In this document: positions 40,225 through 53,900 of the stretch, piece by piece
Numbering within the stretch: position 1 is the first letter of the stretch
Layout of the letters: every line of letters begins with the position of its first letter
Source of the DNA: Chiloscyllium plagiosum
Lineage: Eukaryota
NCBI RefSeq assembly: GCF_004010195.1
Contig: NC_057711.1
Coordinates: forward strand, 81,357,366 to 81,421,365
Length of the DNA stretch: 64,000 nucleotides
Direction: 5' to 3'
The notes under the pieces: generated by a model
Seen by the model: the letters and a program-made list of their open reading frames with translations, nothing else
Told to the model about the DNA's origin: nothing
Databases searched by the model: none
Translations under genes and position numbers: made by a program

Positions 40225-40514
40225 GTGTGCATGTGGGTGTGTGCGTGTGGGGGGGAGGGTTATGAGTGTCTGTGAGAGAGTGTGTGTATGTGAGTGTAAA
40301 GGGGTATAAGTCTGTGAGAGGGTGTGTGTGGGAATATATGTGTGAGCGTATAAGAGAGAGTCTGCGTGAGTGTGAGTGTCTGTAGGAGAGTGTGTGTGCA
40401 GAAATGTACATGTGGGTGTAGGAGTGTGTTTGTGCGTGTGTAGGAGGGTCTGTGTGTGTGTGTGTGTGTAGGAGTGTCTATGTGTGTCCGTCTGTCTGTG
40501 TGTGTGTGTGTGTA
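40218..40514. repeat. degenerate (TG)n microsatellite
   Basis: GT/GA-rich low-complexity tract within the Penelope UTR. Confidence 0.9.
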
Positions 40515-41654
40515 TACTGCAATGGGGTCACCTGTAGCGTGACATGAACCCAAGGTCCCATTTGAGGCCATCCTCATGGCTACCAAACTTGGCTATCAGC
40601 CTCTACTCGGCCACTTTTCATTGTTACCTGTCCCGAAGTCCGCCTTGGAGGACAGTCAGCCGAAGGTCTGAGGTCGAATGTCCCGGACCATTGACGTGTT
40701 CACCGACTGGGAGGGAGCACTCCTGTCTGTTGATTGCTGTGCAGCGTCCATTCATCTGTTGCCGTAGCCTCTGCTCGGTCTCACCAATGTACCATGCCTC
40801 AGGGCATCCTTGCCTGCAGCAAATGAGATAGACAACATTAGATGAGTCGTATGAGTACCTGCCACGTACATGGTGGGAGGTGTCCCCACGCATACTGGTG
40901 GTATCTGTGTCAACATTCTGACACGTCTTGCAGCATCTATCATGACAAGGTTGTATGGTATCGTCCTGAAAGCCGGGCAGTTTGCTATGAACAATGATCT
41001 GTTTGAGGTTTGGTGGTTTTGAGCAGTGGAGATGTGGGGAAGGTCTTGGCGAGGTGCTCATCCTCATTGATAATGTGTTGCAGGCTGCAAAGAACATGGC
41101 ATAGTTTTTCGGCTCCTGGGAAGTACTGGATAACAAAGGGCACCCTGTCGGTTGCAGCTCGTGTCTGTCTCCTGAGGAGGTCATTATGGTTCTTTGCTGT
41201 GGCACTTCAGAACAGATGAGTTGAGCTTTGGACCCCATTCTTATAAGGGATGCTCTCATAAGAACAAGGTACAATGCTCAACTCATCGACCTGATGCTAG
41301 ACTTGAATTACCAGAAATTTATCACTATATGTCGTCTCCAGTCATGTAAATGGTTTATCTGGTGCCTCTTTGTTTTCACTTCATTTTGAATTTTGTTACA
41401 ACTTTGAATCTGAATTCTTTTCGGTTTTAATAGCAACGGAAGATATCTCACCTAGGCTGCTATAGTCACAGCTTTCCAGCTCTTTTACTGTGTGGAACAA
41501 ATGTCTCATATGAACACAACTAAGCTCAGGAAATTCTGCTTCATGTTTAGGTTCAGTTATGAACTTACATAACTCAGAATACATTTGCCTTACTCTGGAA
41601 GTCTTCATGACTCTTTTTACAGAATCATAAAATAATAATTATAATAAATAGTAT

Positions 41655-41785
41655 AAGATCTTATACTCCACAACCACTTGATGAAGGAGCAGCGCGCCAA
41701 AAGCTAGTGCTTCCAAATAAATCTGTTGGACTATACCCTGGTGTTGTGTGATCTTTAACTTTGTCCAACACCGGCATCGCCAAAT
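41655..41785 (+). mobile_element. Penelope pseudo-LTR fragment
   Basis: Matches 1978-2080; inverted relative to 39622-39760. Confidence 0.8.
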
Positions 41786-42399
41786 AATGCCTTTTGGGAT
41801 TGTTTTATTTATTCATGGGATAAGGGCGTTGCTGGCTAGGCTGGCATTTATTGCCAATCCCGAATTGCCCAGAGGCAGTTGCAAGTCAACACATTGCTGT
41901 GGGTCTGGAATTATGATCATTTTACAAGCAGGAACAGCTTCTCATATCTGCACTGTAAAGATGCCATATTTAGAAGTCATGTGACACCAGGTTATAGTCC
42001 AACAATTTCACTTAAAATCACAAATATTTTCGGAGCACTGCTTCTTTTTCAGGTGAAGTAGAGGGAGGCACACAGATAATAGCACAATAATTCCAGGCAA
42101 TTAAGAGTGACAACAGATTAGTACAAATAGTGTGACTAAAATGGGACAGGCTGAATAACAAGTGATTTGCAGGTAATCAAGAGTGTCAACAGTTTAATAC
42201 AAATGGTGTGAATAAAGTAAATTATCTCTCCACGTATATATTCTGTGCCCATACGCACCCCTCCCCCCCTCCACTTGATACAGATTGACAGTCAGAAGAG
42301 CAGTGCCCCAGTGATATCCCCAAAACTGGTCAACCTGTATACTGGAGCTGTCTTCAGAGACACAGTAGATTGACCAGTTTGTGTGTATGGATGGGGGAT

Positions 42400-43160
42400 G
42401 GGTGTTGTTGAACATTACAAACTTAAGAAACTTAAGGACATATCATCAATTGCAGAGGCAGAAGATGGGCTACAGATGGTAGCAAACAAATTGAAAACAA
42501 AGAATGATGAACATCAAATAAAAATGAATACCAAGGTGGTGATAACCAGAGACCCATCCCCATGTGTGGAAATTGAAGTAAATGAACAATTCATGAAACA
42601 AGTTTGGGCAGATTATCACAGGCATTAGGAGATACAATTGTAAGATATGATCAAGAATGGAGGTAACCAAGATCAGTTTATTTGGAATGGAGGCTGTGTT
42701 AACGTCAAAGGCACTGAGCCTAAGCCTGAGTCTTAGGAGGAGAATGCTAAGATATTCCATTTTGTCATCTATGTCAGATAAATGAACAAACAAAGACAAT
42801 ACTGAAATGCTGAATGCATTCAAGATGTGGACATACAGGAGGGATGTTCCACGTATCCTAGACTGACAGGCTGATGAAGAAATGCTGGACATAGCTGGAA
42901 AAAAGAGAAAGTTAGCGCATAACATCAAAGAGAGAAAGATACAATATTTCAGTTGCATGATTAGAGCAGACAATAAACAGATACAGTGACTGAAGGGGAA
43001 GATCAAAAGAAAAAATAGTAGAGGAAAACAGAGGAGAACATGGATGATGGATCAAATGTAGTTGATTTCTGTGGGATCTATAAATGAAGCACAGAGCACA
43101 GGACAAAAAGAAGTGACAATTCCCGACAGCCAGCCCTCTGTTAAGAAGGTGACACTAATG
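42400..43160 (+). mobile_element. RTE-clade LINE 3' fragment
   Basis: LNAFKMWTYRR, RKIQYFSCMIR, EGKIKRKNSRGKQRRTWM C-terminal motifs. Confidence 0.75.
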
Positions 43161-44748
43161 AGTAAACAAATAATCGTGATGTGTTTATTGTGGAAAACTA
43201 TTGCCAAACAACATTGCCCAAAGATAAAACTGTCTGAATAGAAACCTCTCAGCAATTCTCTTCCATCCTCAGAGATGCTCTGTGGGACTCACTCCTAAAC
43301 TCAATGTTAACAGTCTCATCTGAGACAAAAGATTATGTTTTACTGCTTAAGTCAGAGTCAAGATAAGTTTTTGGAGGGTTTGGTACCATGAGGCATAGCA
43401 AGTTCTCACTCTATCTTATAAAACCCACGTCATGAATTGTCTACCATGTTCCTGTGGCATCTCTGACTTCTGATCCTAGCCTCATCTTACTACACACTGT
43501 TCCCCAAACAATTTGCCAATCGGCAAATTTCCAAGAATTTACTGGTATCCCTTGCACACACACCAATTTTTAAAGCTTGTTGTACACCCAGACAACCACT
43601 GTCAGCTACCCTGCACAATTTATGACACTTGTCGTAGACATTGTCACACTTCCTGGGAAAGGTCCTAGAAGTCCTGTTGGATAGGATGGTGTATAGGCAG
43701 GATTTCTTCCTTGCCCCCCAGACCAGCAGTGGAGGCCATGACACCAGAATATGCTTGCCAGGTCCAAGGTTGTTACCTTTTTGAAGTAGAATTAACCATT
43801 TGGAAGAATGCCCAGCACTGAAAGAAGAAGGTCAATAAGTATGTGTCTTCATCCCTTTGATACCTCACACTCGCTTTTGTTAGCTACTGTACCCACCTGT
43901 TACACCGGCAATGTTCTGGCACTCTCACCATTGCCTGCAACATTGTCCCCATTTACTCTCATGCAAACCAAACCCTGATGGCACTAACATTGAACGTCTT
44001 CTGGACTTGCCTACTCATTCACTCAGGACACGTTCCAACCTCCACCAAAAGTAACAGCTGTGCCATCCTCCTTCTTGTCCTGTAATTACCTGCCTGTCTC
44101 ATACCAGGAAGTGAACAGTCCACAATAGGGTGATGGTCTGCCTGATATTCAGCTCCTCACCCTTGATGAGAGGATGAGAGGACATCTTGTTGAGTTATAT
44201 AAAATGTTAAAGGGGATTCACAAAGTAGATGTAGAGCAGATGTTTCCCCTTGTGGGGCAAACTATAATGTGAAGTCATTGTTTGAGGCAAAGAGGTGGCA
44301 GATTTAAAAGTGAGATAAGGAATTGTTTTGGAAAGTTTTGGAACTTTTAAATGATTAGGATCAATGGCTATTTTAGTAAGGGATTTCCAGATGTACATAA
44401 GATAAGGCCATACAATACAGAGATGCTATGAGCATCCACTTAGGCTCCAAGCAAATGTTCACTATGACAGCAGATGAACAGGCTGGAAATGCATCCTGGT
44501 CCAGTCCATGAGCTGGGTGCATGTCCCTGAGTGCACAATGTCCTTGCACAGCATTACAATGATTGCTGCTATAATGCATCATTTAAATGCAGAAGTGACT
44601 CATAAGTGGGTCAGAGACATATGTGAGATCTTTCGAGGTTGACACATGGTGGAAGCCAATATCCATGAAAGTTCTTGTAGCCAGTGCTCCTGCAGGATAC
44701 CCTGACATGTTGGTGCCCGGTTTCCTACATGATGATCATTCAAAGCAA

Positions 44749-45262
44749 GTCATAGAGTCATAAAGTCATAGAGATGTACAGCATGGAAACAGACCCTTCA
44801 GACCAACCCGTCCATGCCAACCAGATATCCCAACCCAATTTAGTCCCATCTGCCAGCACCCAGCCCATTTCCCCCCAACTCTTCCTATTCATATACCCAT
44901 CCAAATGCCTTTTAAATGTTGCAATTGTACCAGCTTCCACCATTTCCTCTGGCAGCGCATTCCAAACACGTATCACCCTCTGTGTGAAATATTTGCCCCT
45001 TAGGTCTCTTTTTTATCTTTCCCCTCTCACCTTAAACCTAAGCCCTCTAGTTCTGGACTCCCCCCCCCCCCCCGGCCTAACCAATGTCCTGTACAGCTGC
45101 AACATGACCTCCCAACTCCTGTACTCGATACTCTGACCAATAAAAGAAAGCATAGCAAACGCCTTCTTCACTATCCTACCTACCTGTGACTCCACTTTCA
45201 AGGAGCTATGAACCTGCACACCAAGGTCTCCTTGTTCAGCATCACTCCTGAGACCTTACCAC
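44749..45262 (-). mobile_element. CR1 3' fragment with internal deletion
   Basis: LYRTLVRP joined through a G-run to ESRTRG; (TCATAGAG)n tail. Confidence 0.9.
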
Positions 45263-45484
45263 ATATCTTTCCATTGCCTACATCCATCAGACACCGATTG
45301 GATTCTGCCTGATGAATACGAGCATATGTACTCGGAAATGTCATTGCAGACTGAAGGAGAATGGGAGTGCTACAGATGTTTACTTTGTGAAACTTTAAAC
45401 CAGGACTTTGCCTGATCTGTCAGGTGGGCACACATGTCCCCATGCACTATTCAATGAAGAGTAGAAGAATTTTCATTGATTCTC

Positions 45485-45700
45485 AAAGTCCAAAACTGTG
45501 CACATTAGGTGGATTCGCCTTGATAAATTGCCCATAGTGCCCAGGAATGTGCAGGCTAGGTGTGTTCGCCATGAGAAATGCAGTGTTACAGGGATAGGAA
45601 AGGAGGGGTGGGTCTGAGTGGATGCTTTTCAGAGGGTTAGTGTGCACTCGATTGCCCAAATGGCCTGCTTCCATACTCTGGGTATTATATGATTCTATGA
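45485..45700 (-). mobile_element. older V-SINE-like fragment
   Basis: caaagtccaaaactgtgcacattaggtggattcgcc...aaattgccc and a CR1-like tail; the motif actually reads on the + strand, so orientation is uncertain. Confidence 0.4.
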
Positions 45701-46079
45701 ATAACATAAAATAGATTACCCAATCATTAATCTCATTGCTACTTATAGGATAGTGTTAACATTACTGTCTTCACTAATGTTATTACTGGACAAGTCAGAT
45801 TTAAAATCTAACTGAAATCTGATTTAATATTCTGTTTTTTACGTTTATCAAGATAATAGAGAGAGAACAGATTAATGTAAAATAGAGAGAAATATATTAA
45901 AACATTATAAAAAATTTTAGGTATGTAAAAAGGAAAAAATGGTGAAGAAAAATATGAGTCCATTTCAGAGGCAGGAAAGTTTATGATAGGAAACAGGCAA
46001 TCAATAGAAAATTGGTATCTTGCGCCTGACTTCTGAGAGGAAAACATAGGTTGTTCTCTAAAAATAAGATCCAAGGGTC

Positions 46080-46770
46080 TAACAACAGTGTGAAGCTAAA
46101 AAAATTGTTAAAAATGTGGCATTGGAACAATAATTGGGACTAAAATAACACATCCTAGCAGATGATGTCCTCCATTCCAGAGTTTTGAAAGGCATTTCCG
46201 AAGATAATGGATGCATTGGTGATCATCAGTCAAAATTCTATTAATCCTGTTTGTACATTGGGAGGTCACAAATACAATCCAACTGTCTAGGAAAGGATGG
46301 AGGGGGGGAACTACAGACCTGTTAGACTAGTGTCAGTATTTAGGAAAATACTGGAATGTGTTATAGAGGATGTGAGTACTGGATTAGAAATTTATTGTCT
46401 ATTTGGGTAGAGTTGACATACGTTTATGAAGGGGAAATCATGTTTCACAATCCTGATAGAGTATTTGAAGAATGTTACTAATAGAGTCAATAAAGTCGAG
46501 TCAGTGGATGTTACGCATTTGAATTGTTTGAAATTGTTTGATAAACAGCCACACAGGGAGTTAAAAATCAAAATTAAAGTGCATAAAGTTGTGGACATTA
46601 CAATAAAGTAAAAAGAATAATACTGTGGTAGGAAGAATAAAGTGTATGGCATTTCCAAAATGGTGAGAGATTGCAAATTATTGATGTCCAAAGGACCTGG
46701 ATGTCATTGTCCTTGGCTCTCTGAAGGCTAGCATGCAGGTACAGCAAGCATAACAGAAGGCTGCCTTTCA
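46080..46770 (+). mobile_element. old CR1 RT fragment
   Basis: NYRPVRL, FMKGKSCFTIL, FDKQPH motifs. Confidence 0.7.
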
Positions 46771-49742
46771 AGCAATCAACTCAAAATTCTGTACTGTAAT
46801 AATGCAAAAACTTCTAAGAATTAATAATGCAAGAATGATAGTATTTGCAAACAGCTGTTGAAACTATTGGAACAGATTAATTCAACTCCCACAAACAGAT
46901 TTTATTTTCCATTTTTGAAGGGCTGGCCATTTGATTATCTTGAAAGGTGACAGTGCTGTGAATCTTACCCGTGTATCAAAGCATTCAATTTCAAGAGCAT
47001 CTTCTCTGAAGATTCATAGCTTCCACATTTCAACAGAAGACCCTTACTGCATAGGATCTATTTGAACCCAGATCGAAGCTAATTGCTGTTGCTGCTTTCA
47101 TTTCCTGCGTATGGTAGTCCTGTCCCATTACCACAACCCCCACCCCCCCCAAAACCCCACCCCCTACCTACACAACACCAGCCCTCCTCCCAGGGCCAAA
47201 TAAAACTAGATCTGGCAGAAATGTAAGCAGCATTCCAGGTTTAGATCACGTTCATAATTTAGAAGGACCCTGAAGTTTCTTTGACTGGAAAATCCGGGTT
47301 TTACAGGTGGCATCCAATATAGATTAGTACCCAATCATTTCACAAGAAAGCCTGCAGATCACTGCATTTACTATTCAGTAATTTACAATGTTACATCTTT
47401 TGCAGTTCCCATCATCAGGAAATTTAGTTTTAAACCGTAGGGACAGACTTTAAGAGACACTGGACAAGACCAATGAGTTTGTATCCATGTTTATTTTGAC
47501 TGTTATCTGTTTCTCAGTTAATATTTCGATGCTTAACTTAGAAATGTCCATTCAGGGCCTTCTGTTTTCGCTATAATTATTCAATCTCATAAACTTTAGG
47601 ACACTTTCCCTGCTGAACTAGATCAAACTGCATATAGTTTGATACTTTTGCTGACAAAATGTAATTCCAGTTAAAGTGATTGAAATGAAAGTACATATTT
47701 TAGACACAGGGTAGAACGAACATTTCTATATAAATAATACTATACCTGATTGATAATAATGTTACTACATTATGATAAAGCATGTTAAAAATGAAATTCT
47801 AACAACAGCCAAGAATTGTCCCATTCTACAACAAAAACTGAGAGGTGGAGAAGGTCTATGGAAATTCCTGGCTATTGTAACTATTACAAATGTAATAATT
47901 GTAAATAACAATATTAGTGCTTCTAAAAAGTCAATGTGAGAGTGTCACCAGATCTGACTGCAGCACAGGCATCTCTTCAGTAATCATCACAAAGATGTTC
48001 ATTATCAAAGCCGTTCTTGTCTGCCACTGGAGTTGAGCACCTTCATGAGAGTTCCCAGTCATACTTACATTGGTTGTGAAATGAGAAACAAAATTAAATT
48101 TAGTATTGTCCCCTCTCATCCTAATGGACTTGAAAAACAAAATAAAAATAAAGTAATGGGTAGTAACAGGATATTATATTCTTCAGCTGAACATTTACGT
48201 CTTTGACTTTCAGTCTCACATCTACAAGTTGTCAAATCTCAGAAAGATTATGCCACATTTTGTTCATTTCTAAAAGTTTGCTTGCATACTTTGACACATA
48301 ATAGGATGGGATGTAGAAAGTTAATCTCACAGTGAAAGGGTCAAAATGAAAGGTTCTGGACATCTTACTTGTATTTTTCCACCAACTTTATCATCCTCCT
48401 TAGCCACTATCTCAAACTGAACCAGAGTATTTGCAAAGTTGACAACTAACTTCATAATAAACAAAGATTTCAAACAACCAACATTTCATCACAATGACTG
48501 CTTATTTCCACTTCATAATAATACCTGTCTCTTAACTACAGCTTAGTCCATCAGAAGTTAAAATCCCTAATCGTACCTTTAGGAATATTGACATAGATCT
48601 TCAATATGCCACCCAACAAAACTCTAGTTATAAAAAACACACTGTTTTCATTTTCATTGTTTTTATTAAGCTCTTGTTTATTAAATCATTACAGAGCTTT
48701 GTTAGTTAAAAGTCTAATTCATTTAAAATGGCTAGTTTTAATCTGAGATCCCATAGTGTTTTTTTTGAGTTGTTGGATATTGTGTATATTTGATTTATGT
48801 CAGAGAAATGTGGAGATGCCATTAGTTTTATATCTGCAGTAGTTTATTTATAGCACATTAAGGCATGTCAACATATCATAGGATTCCTACATACAGACAG
48901 TGAGGGAGTAGCGATATATTCCAGTTGCTTGAAGGGGACATTGAATGTGGTGATGTTCCCATATATCTGCTGCCCATGTCCTTCTAGATACAAGTGGTCA
49001 AGGATTTGTAAGGTGCTCTCTGAGGATCTTTGGTGAATTTCTGCAGTGCAACTTGTAGATGGTACACCCTCCTGCTACTGAGCATTGGTGGTGCAGGGAT
49101 TTGGATGCTTGTGGATACAGTGCCAATCAAGGTTTGTTCTGGATGGTGTCAAACTTCATGAATTGTTTGGGGCTGCACTCATCCAGGCAAGTGGGGAGTG
49201 TTCCCTCACACTCCAACATGCACCTTGTGGATGGTGGACAGGCTTTGGGGAGGCAAGAGATGAGTAACTCTTCACAGTATTCCCAGTCACTGACCTGCTC
49301 TTGTAGCCACTGCATTTATGTGGTGAATCCAGATGAGTTTCTGGTCAATCATAACTCCCAGAATGTTGACATTAGGGGACTCAGTGACGGTAACATCACT
49401 GAATGTCAAGGGGTGGTGGTTAGACCGATTCTTACTGGTGATGGTCATAACCTGGCATTTGTGTGGTGTGAATGTTATTTGCCACTGGTCAGCCCAAGTC
49501 TGGATATTATCCAGATCTTGTTGCATTTGGACATGGACTGTTTCAGTGTCTGAGGGATTGCGAATGATGCTGAACATTGTGCAATCATTGGTGAACATCA
49601 CCACTTCGGACCTTAGGATGGAGGGAAGGTTATTGATGAAGAAGCTGATGGTGGTTGGGCCGAGGTCACTACCCCGAGGAATTCCTGAAGAGATGTCCTG
49701 GAGCTGAGATGACTGACCTGTGACAACCATGATCATAATGCC

Positions 49743-50999
49743 CCACCCCCCACCTTTTCCTCCGCTACATCGATGACTGTATCGGCGCCGCCTTGTGCTC
49801 CCACGAGGAGGTTGAACAGNNNNNNNNNNNNNNNNNNNNNNNNNNNNNNNNNNNNNNNNNNNNNNNNNNNNNTCTCAGGTGACCGAATCAACACGGACAT
49901 CTACTACAAACCGACCGACTCCCACAGCTACCTGGACCGACTCCCACAGCTACCTCCCACCCTGCCCCCTGTAAAAACACCATCCCATTCTCCCAATTCT
50001 TTCGACTCCGCCGGATCTGCTCCCAGGAGGACTAGTTCCAAAAACGCACAACCCAGATGGCCTCCTTCTTCAAGGACCGCNNNNNNNNNNNNNNNNNNNN
50101 NNNNNNNNNNNNNNNNNNNNNNNNNNNNNNNNNNNNNNNNNNNNNNNNNNNNNNNNNNNNNNNNNNNNNNNNNNNNNNNNNNNNNNNNNNNNNNNNNNNN
50201 NNNNNNNNNNNNNNNNNNNNNNNNNNNNNNNNNNNNNNNNNNNNNNNNNNNNNNNNNNNNNNNNNNNNNNNNNNNNNNNNNNNNNNNNNNNNNNNNNNNN
50301 NNNNNNNNNNNNNNNNNNNNNNNNNNNNNNNNNNNNNNNNNNNNNNNNNNNNNNNNNNNNNNNNNNNNNNNNNNNNNNNNNNNNNNNNNNNNNNNNNNNN
50401 NNNNNNNNNNNNNNNNNNNNNNNNNNNNNNNNNNNNNNNNNNNNNNNNNNNNNNNNNNNNNNNNNNNNNNNNNNNNNNNNNNNNNNNNNNNNNNNNNNNN
50501 NNNNNNNNNNNNNNNNNNNNNNNNNNNNNNNNNNNNNNNNNNNNNNNNNNNNNNNNNNNNNNNNNNNNNNNNNNNNNNNNNNNNNNNNNNNNNNNNNNNN
50601 NNNNNNNNNNNNNNNNNNNNNNNNNNNNNNNNNNNNNNNNNNNNNNNNNNNNNNNNNNNNNNNNNNNNNNNNNNNNNNNNNNNNNNNNNNNNNNNNNNNN
50701 NNNNNNNNNNNNNNNNNNNNNNNNNNNNNNNNNNNNNNNNNNNNNNNNNNGAGGTCTGCAGATGCTGGAGATCAGAGCTGAAAATGTGTTGCTGGAAAAG
50801 CGCAGCAGGTCAGGCAGCATCCAAGGAACAGGAGAATCGACGTTTCGGGCATAAACACAAACTTTCCTCATTCCTGAAGAAGGGCTTATGCCCGAAACGT
50901 CGATTCTCCTGTTCCTTGGATGCTGCCTGACCTGCTGCGCTTTTCCAGCAACACATTTTCAGCTCTGATCTCCAGCATCTGCAGACCTCACTTTCTCCT
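49743..50999 (+). mobile_element. Penelope-like element with palindromic end; contains N gaps
   Basis: LRYIDDCI, TDIYYKPTDSHSYL; inverted pseudo-LTR arms 50751-50854 and 50886-50987; 9-bp TSD CATAATGCC at 49734-49742 and 51000-51008. Confidence 0.9.
50870..50905 (+). ncRNA. minimal type I hammerhead ribozyme motif
   Basis: CTGAAGA-a-gggc-ttat-gccc-GAAA-c-GTC, with palindromic ACGT stem III; stem I weak. Confidence 0.6.
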
Positions 51000-53900
51000 C
51001 ATAATGCCATGTGCCAGATATGACACTAACCACCAGAGAGTTTGCCCCCTGATATCAATTGATTCCAGTTTTGCTAAGGATCCTTGATGCCATATTCAGT
51101 CAAATACAGCCTTGATGTTGAGGGCTGTCACTCTCATCTCACATCTGGAATTCAGCTCTTTTGTCCATGTTTGAACCAAGTCTGTAACAAGGCCAGGAGC
51201 TGAGCGCTCTCTGTTTACTTCAACTCTCAGAGTCTTCACCCAGGATTGATCAAACAAGATTAATGAGCATAGATCAGTTAACAGACTAACATAATCATAC
51301 ACAGATCAATTAAACCATTGAACACTGCAGTTTCCTTATTGCCTAGAACAAGAACAATTTATTAATTATTGAATAAGTGACATTTCTTCCTGGCAGTCAA
51401 CCTCCCTTGCAATTTCTACTGGTCTACCTTTTTCAATGCGTGTTTATTAGGTTTGTTCTAATCTACACTCAAGCTCCCACATTTTCCTTCTTTTCAATAA
51501 AATGTCTCACCAAGCCTCTGAACTTAAATATAAAGATTTGCACTGATTTATGTAGTTAGAACATTTGCAAATAAAAATCAATTGCTCACACTGAACAAAG
51601 GAAACCTTGCAATCTTTTACATTGAAATGTTTCACATGCATGGAGGATAGCATCAAATTATTTGATCCTATAACTGTAGATGCAACAACAACAAGAAGAC
51701 ATGACTTCAATATGAGAATTACATCATCTTAACCTAAGCTCTTGTGAAATAAGCACAGTGCCCAGTATTTAATTGAAACCTCCTCTCATCAAGTAGTTGA
51801 TACTTCCTGTTCTTTGGTCTATTTTTAGAGTATAACAAACCTCTTCTTTGAGCTTGTTTTGATCTAATATCAAGCTAGGAATGAAGGAAGTGATTCCTAT
51901 TTTAGTTAAAGTACCATATCTTCTCATTTTGAATAGGGAAAATCATCAAAGAGATCAGATCAAAGACCATCTCTTTAAAAGAATGAGCAGGTCTGGTTAG
52001 AATATTCGCCCATTTATCAGAAAAGGGTCAAGGACTGTTCCAGGGTCTGTCAGTAGTTTTGATTGTAACAGAAATGAGTCCCAAATCTGATATTTGAAAA
52101 GATAACACACCCTTCTCGCTTGCAGTTTCCATTATACAATGAATCCTCTAAATATTATGAAAGCAGAAAGAATTAATTTGTAAAGTAGCAAATTATTTCA
52201 CATATCCAAACCCAACAGTAAATAAAATAACAAAACAATTGGTTTAGAATTTTGAGGAGTACTTGTTTTCACAAATTAAAACCGCCAGCACAGATCTGAA
52301 AGAAAATCCTACTGGGCCAACTCTCTTTGATGTCTTTAAGTATATTCAAGGAAGTAAATAGTGAAACTTCCTCTTTGTGTTCTATTTGGACTTTCAGAAA
52401 GTTTTTGATGTTTTCTGTAAAGAACTTCTAATCAACTTAAAAGCTGTTAGGATCCATAGTATAATTAAACAAGATGTTAATTGAAAACTATGAAAGAAAT
52501 GTTACATAAAAATTCTGCCAGGGTCAGTGTAGTTTCTCAGTCTTTATAGATTCTAATCTTCATTAATGAACACCTTTTAAAATAAATTAAACAAAATTGT
52601 TGACATCACTAAAAGTAAAAGAGAAAAGATTGAATAAACGAATTGCAGAAGGTTTTGAATCAGCTTATTACTGATCAATATGTAATCAATAAAACCTCAC
52701 CATATGGGATGAGGCCTTACTTCAAACTGCTGCTCATTGGAGGGAGAAAGCCCTTAAATTGCCATTAATTATCCATTTAAGAGTTTTTTTTGAGACTTAG
52801 ACCTGACACTTCCTCTGCCATTGATAAGTTTTCAGCAAGAGGTGGTGAGTGAGAAACACCGCATTGCCGCATGTCACTGAATTGGATATTACCAAATCCC
52901 TGTGCTCAACACACTCCCAACATTAGGGAATTGTGTAAAGTTCCAATCGAATTCTGCTCCCAGTCAAAAGCAATCTAGCCAGTATTCCACACATAAATAA
53001 ACTGGGGAACTTTCTCTTGCTGCGATGTTAGCCAAGTGACTACAACACGGCTAGCAGAAAGCTATTGATTTCCAGTGAGAGAAGTTGCAGATAGAGAACC
53101 TTAAGTAACTATGGCCTTCAAAGGCCTGGCCTGGCTTTGAATTGAACCAGTTTGGCAAAAGCAGCAGAAATCTGGGCTGACTGGCTGCCAGGAAATAGCA
53201 AGGGCACAAGTGGAATGACTCTGGCAGGAGCACAAAGCTATTTACCTGCGAGATAACAACAGGTTCCTGTAGCACAAACCCATGATCATTTTTAAGGGGT
53301 GGCACCTCAGCAATTGTACAACCTGCTAGAGCAAATTCTTGAACCATTGCAAGAGCCAAACAAGTCAATAGATACAGAATGGAGCCATGAAAGGTACAAA
53401 ATGATAGTTGTGCATTAAAAATGAGGAGACTGTTGCTCAATGTATTGAAAGAACTAAGATTTCCATTGTGCTGTCATATATCATGGAAATGATTGCAATA
53501 TAATGATTCAACTATTGAACTGTGAGAGAACCAGAAATTGTGAGCACTGATGATATGAGATTTAAAGGAATTTAATGAGCTTCGAATCATCAGCAGAAAG
53601 GAGAATTTATAGTCAAAGAAATAAATAGTAATATTGCCCGTGAAAGACCATTAATTTTTATAGGACCACTCTTTGAGGCATTTTCTAGCACAGCAATAAT
53701 TTATACAACACAGTAATAAAATCTTGCCTCCAGTCATATCATCTTATTACCTGCTCCAAATAATTGCCCATTTATTCACCATTGCAATGATTGAAGGCTT
53801 CACCTGCTGAAGCTATCCAGCCTTGCTTTAAGACTTATTTTATGTTCAATAAATGGATATCCAATATTAATTTGGATATACCAAGTGCTAATCTCTTTGC

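Larger units (their letters stand above)
39622..41292 (-). mobile_element. Penelope-like element (GIY-YIG, (CA)n-rich UTR, pseudo-LTR)
   Basis: ORF 40624-41274 SSNVVYLICC...WYIGETEQRLRQQMNG; same family as 139-2080. Confidence 0.9.
48890..51210 (-). mobile_element. CR1-like LINE split by a Penelope insertion
   Basis: ORF 49287-49736 SGIPRGSDLGP...MFTNDCT...MQQDLDNIQTWADQWQITF; continues after 51000 (LNIKAVFD). Confidence 0.85.

Noticed and set aside
49773..50930. Long ORFs (265-385 aa), and likewise those at 20629-21240
   Set aside because: Their length comes from translation through N gaps; the real parts are Penelope fragments
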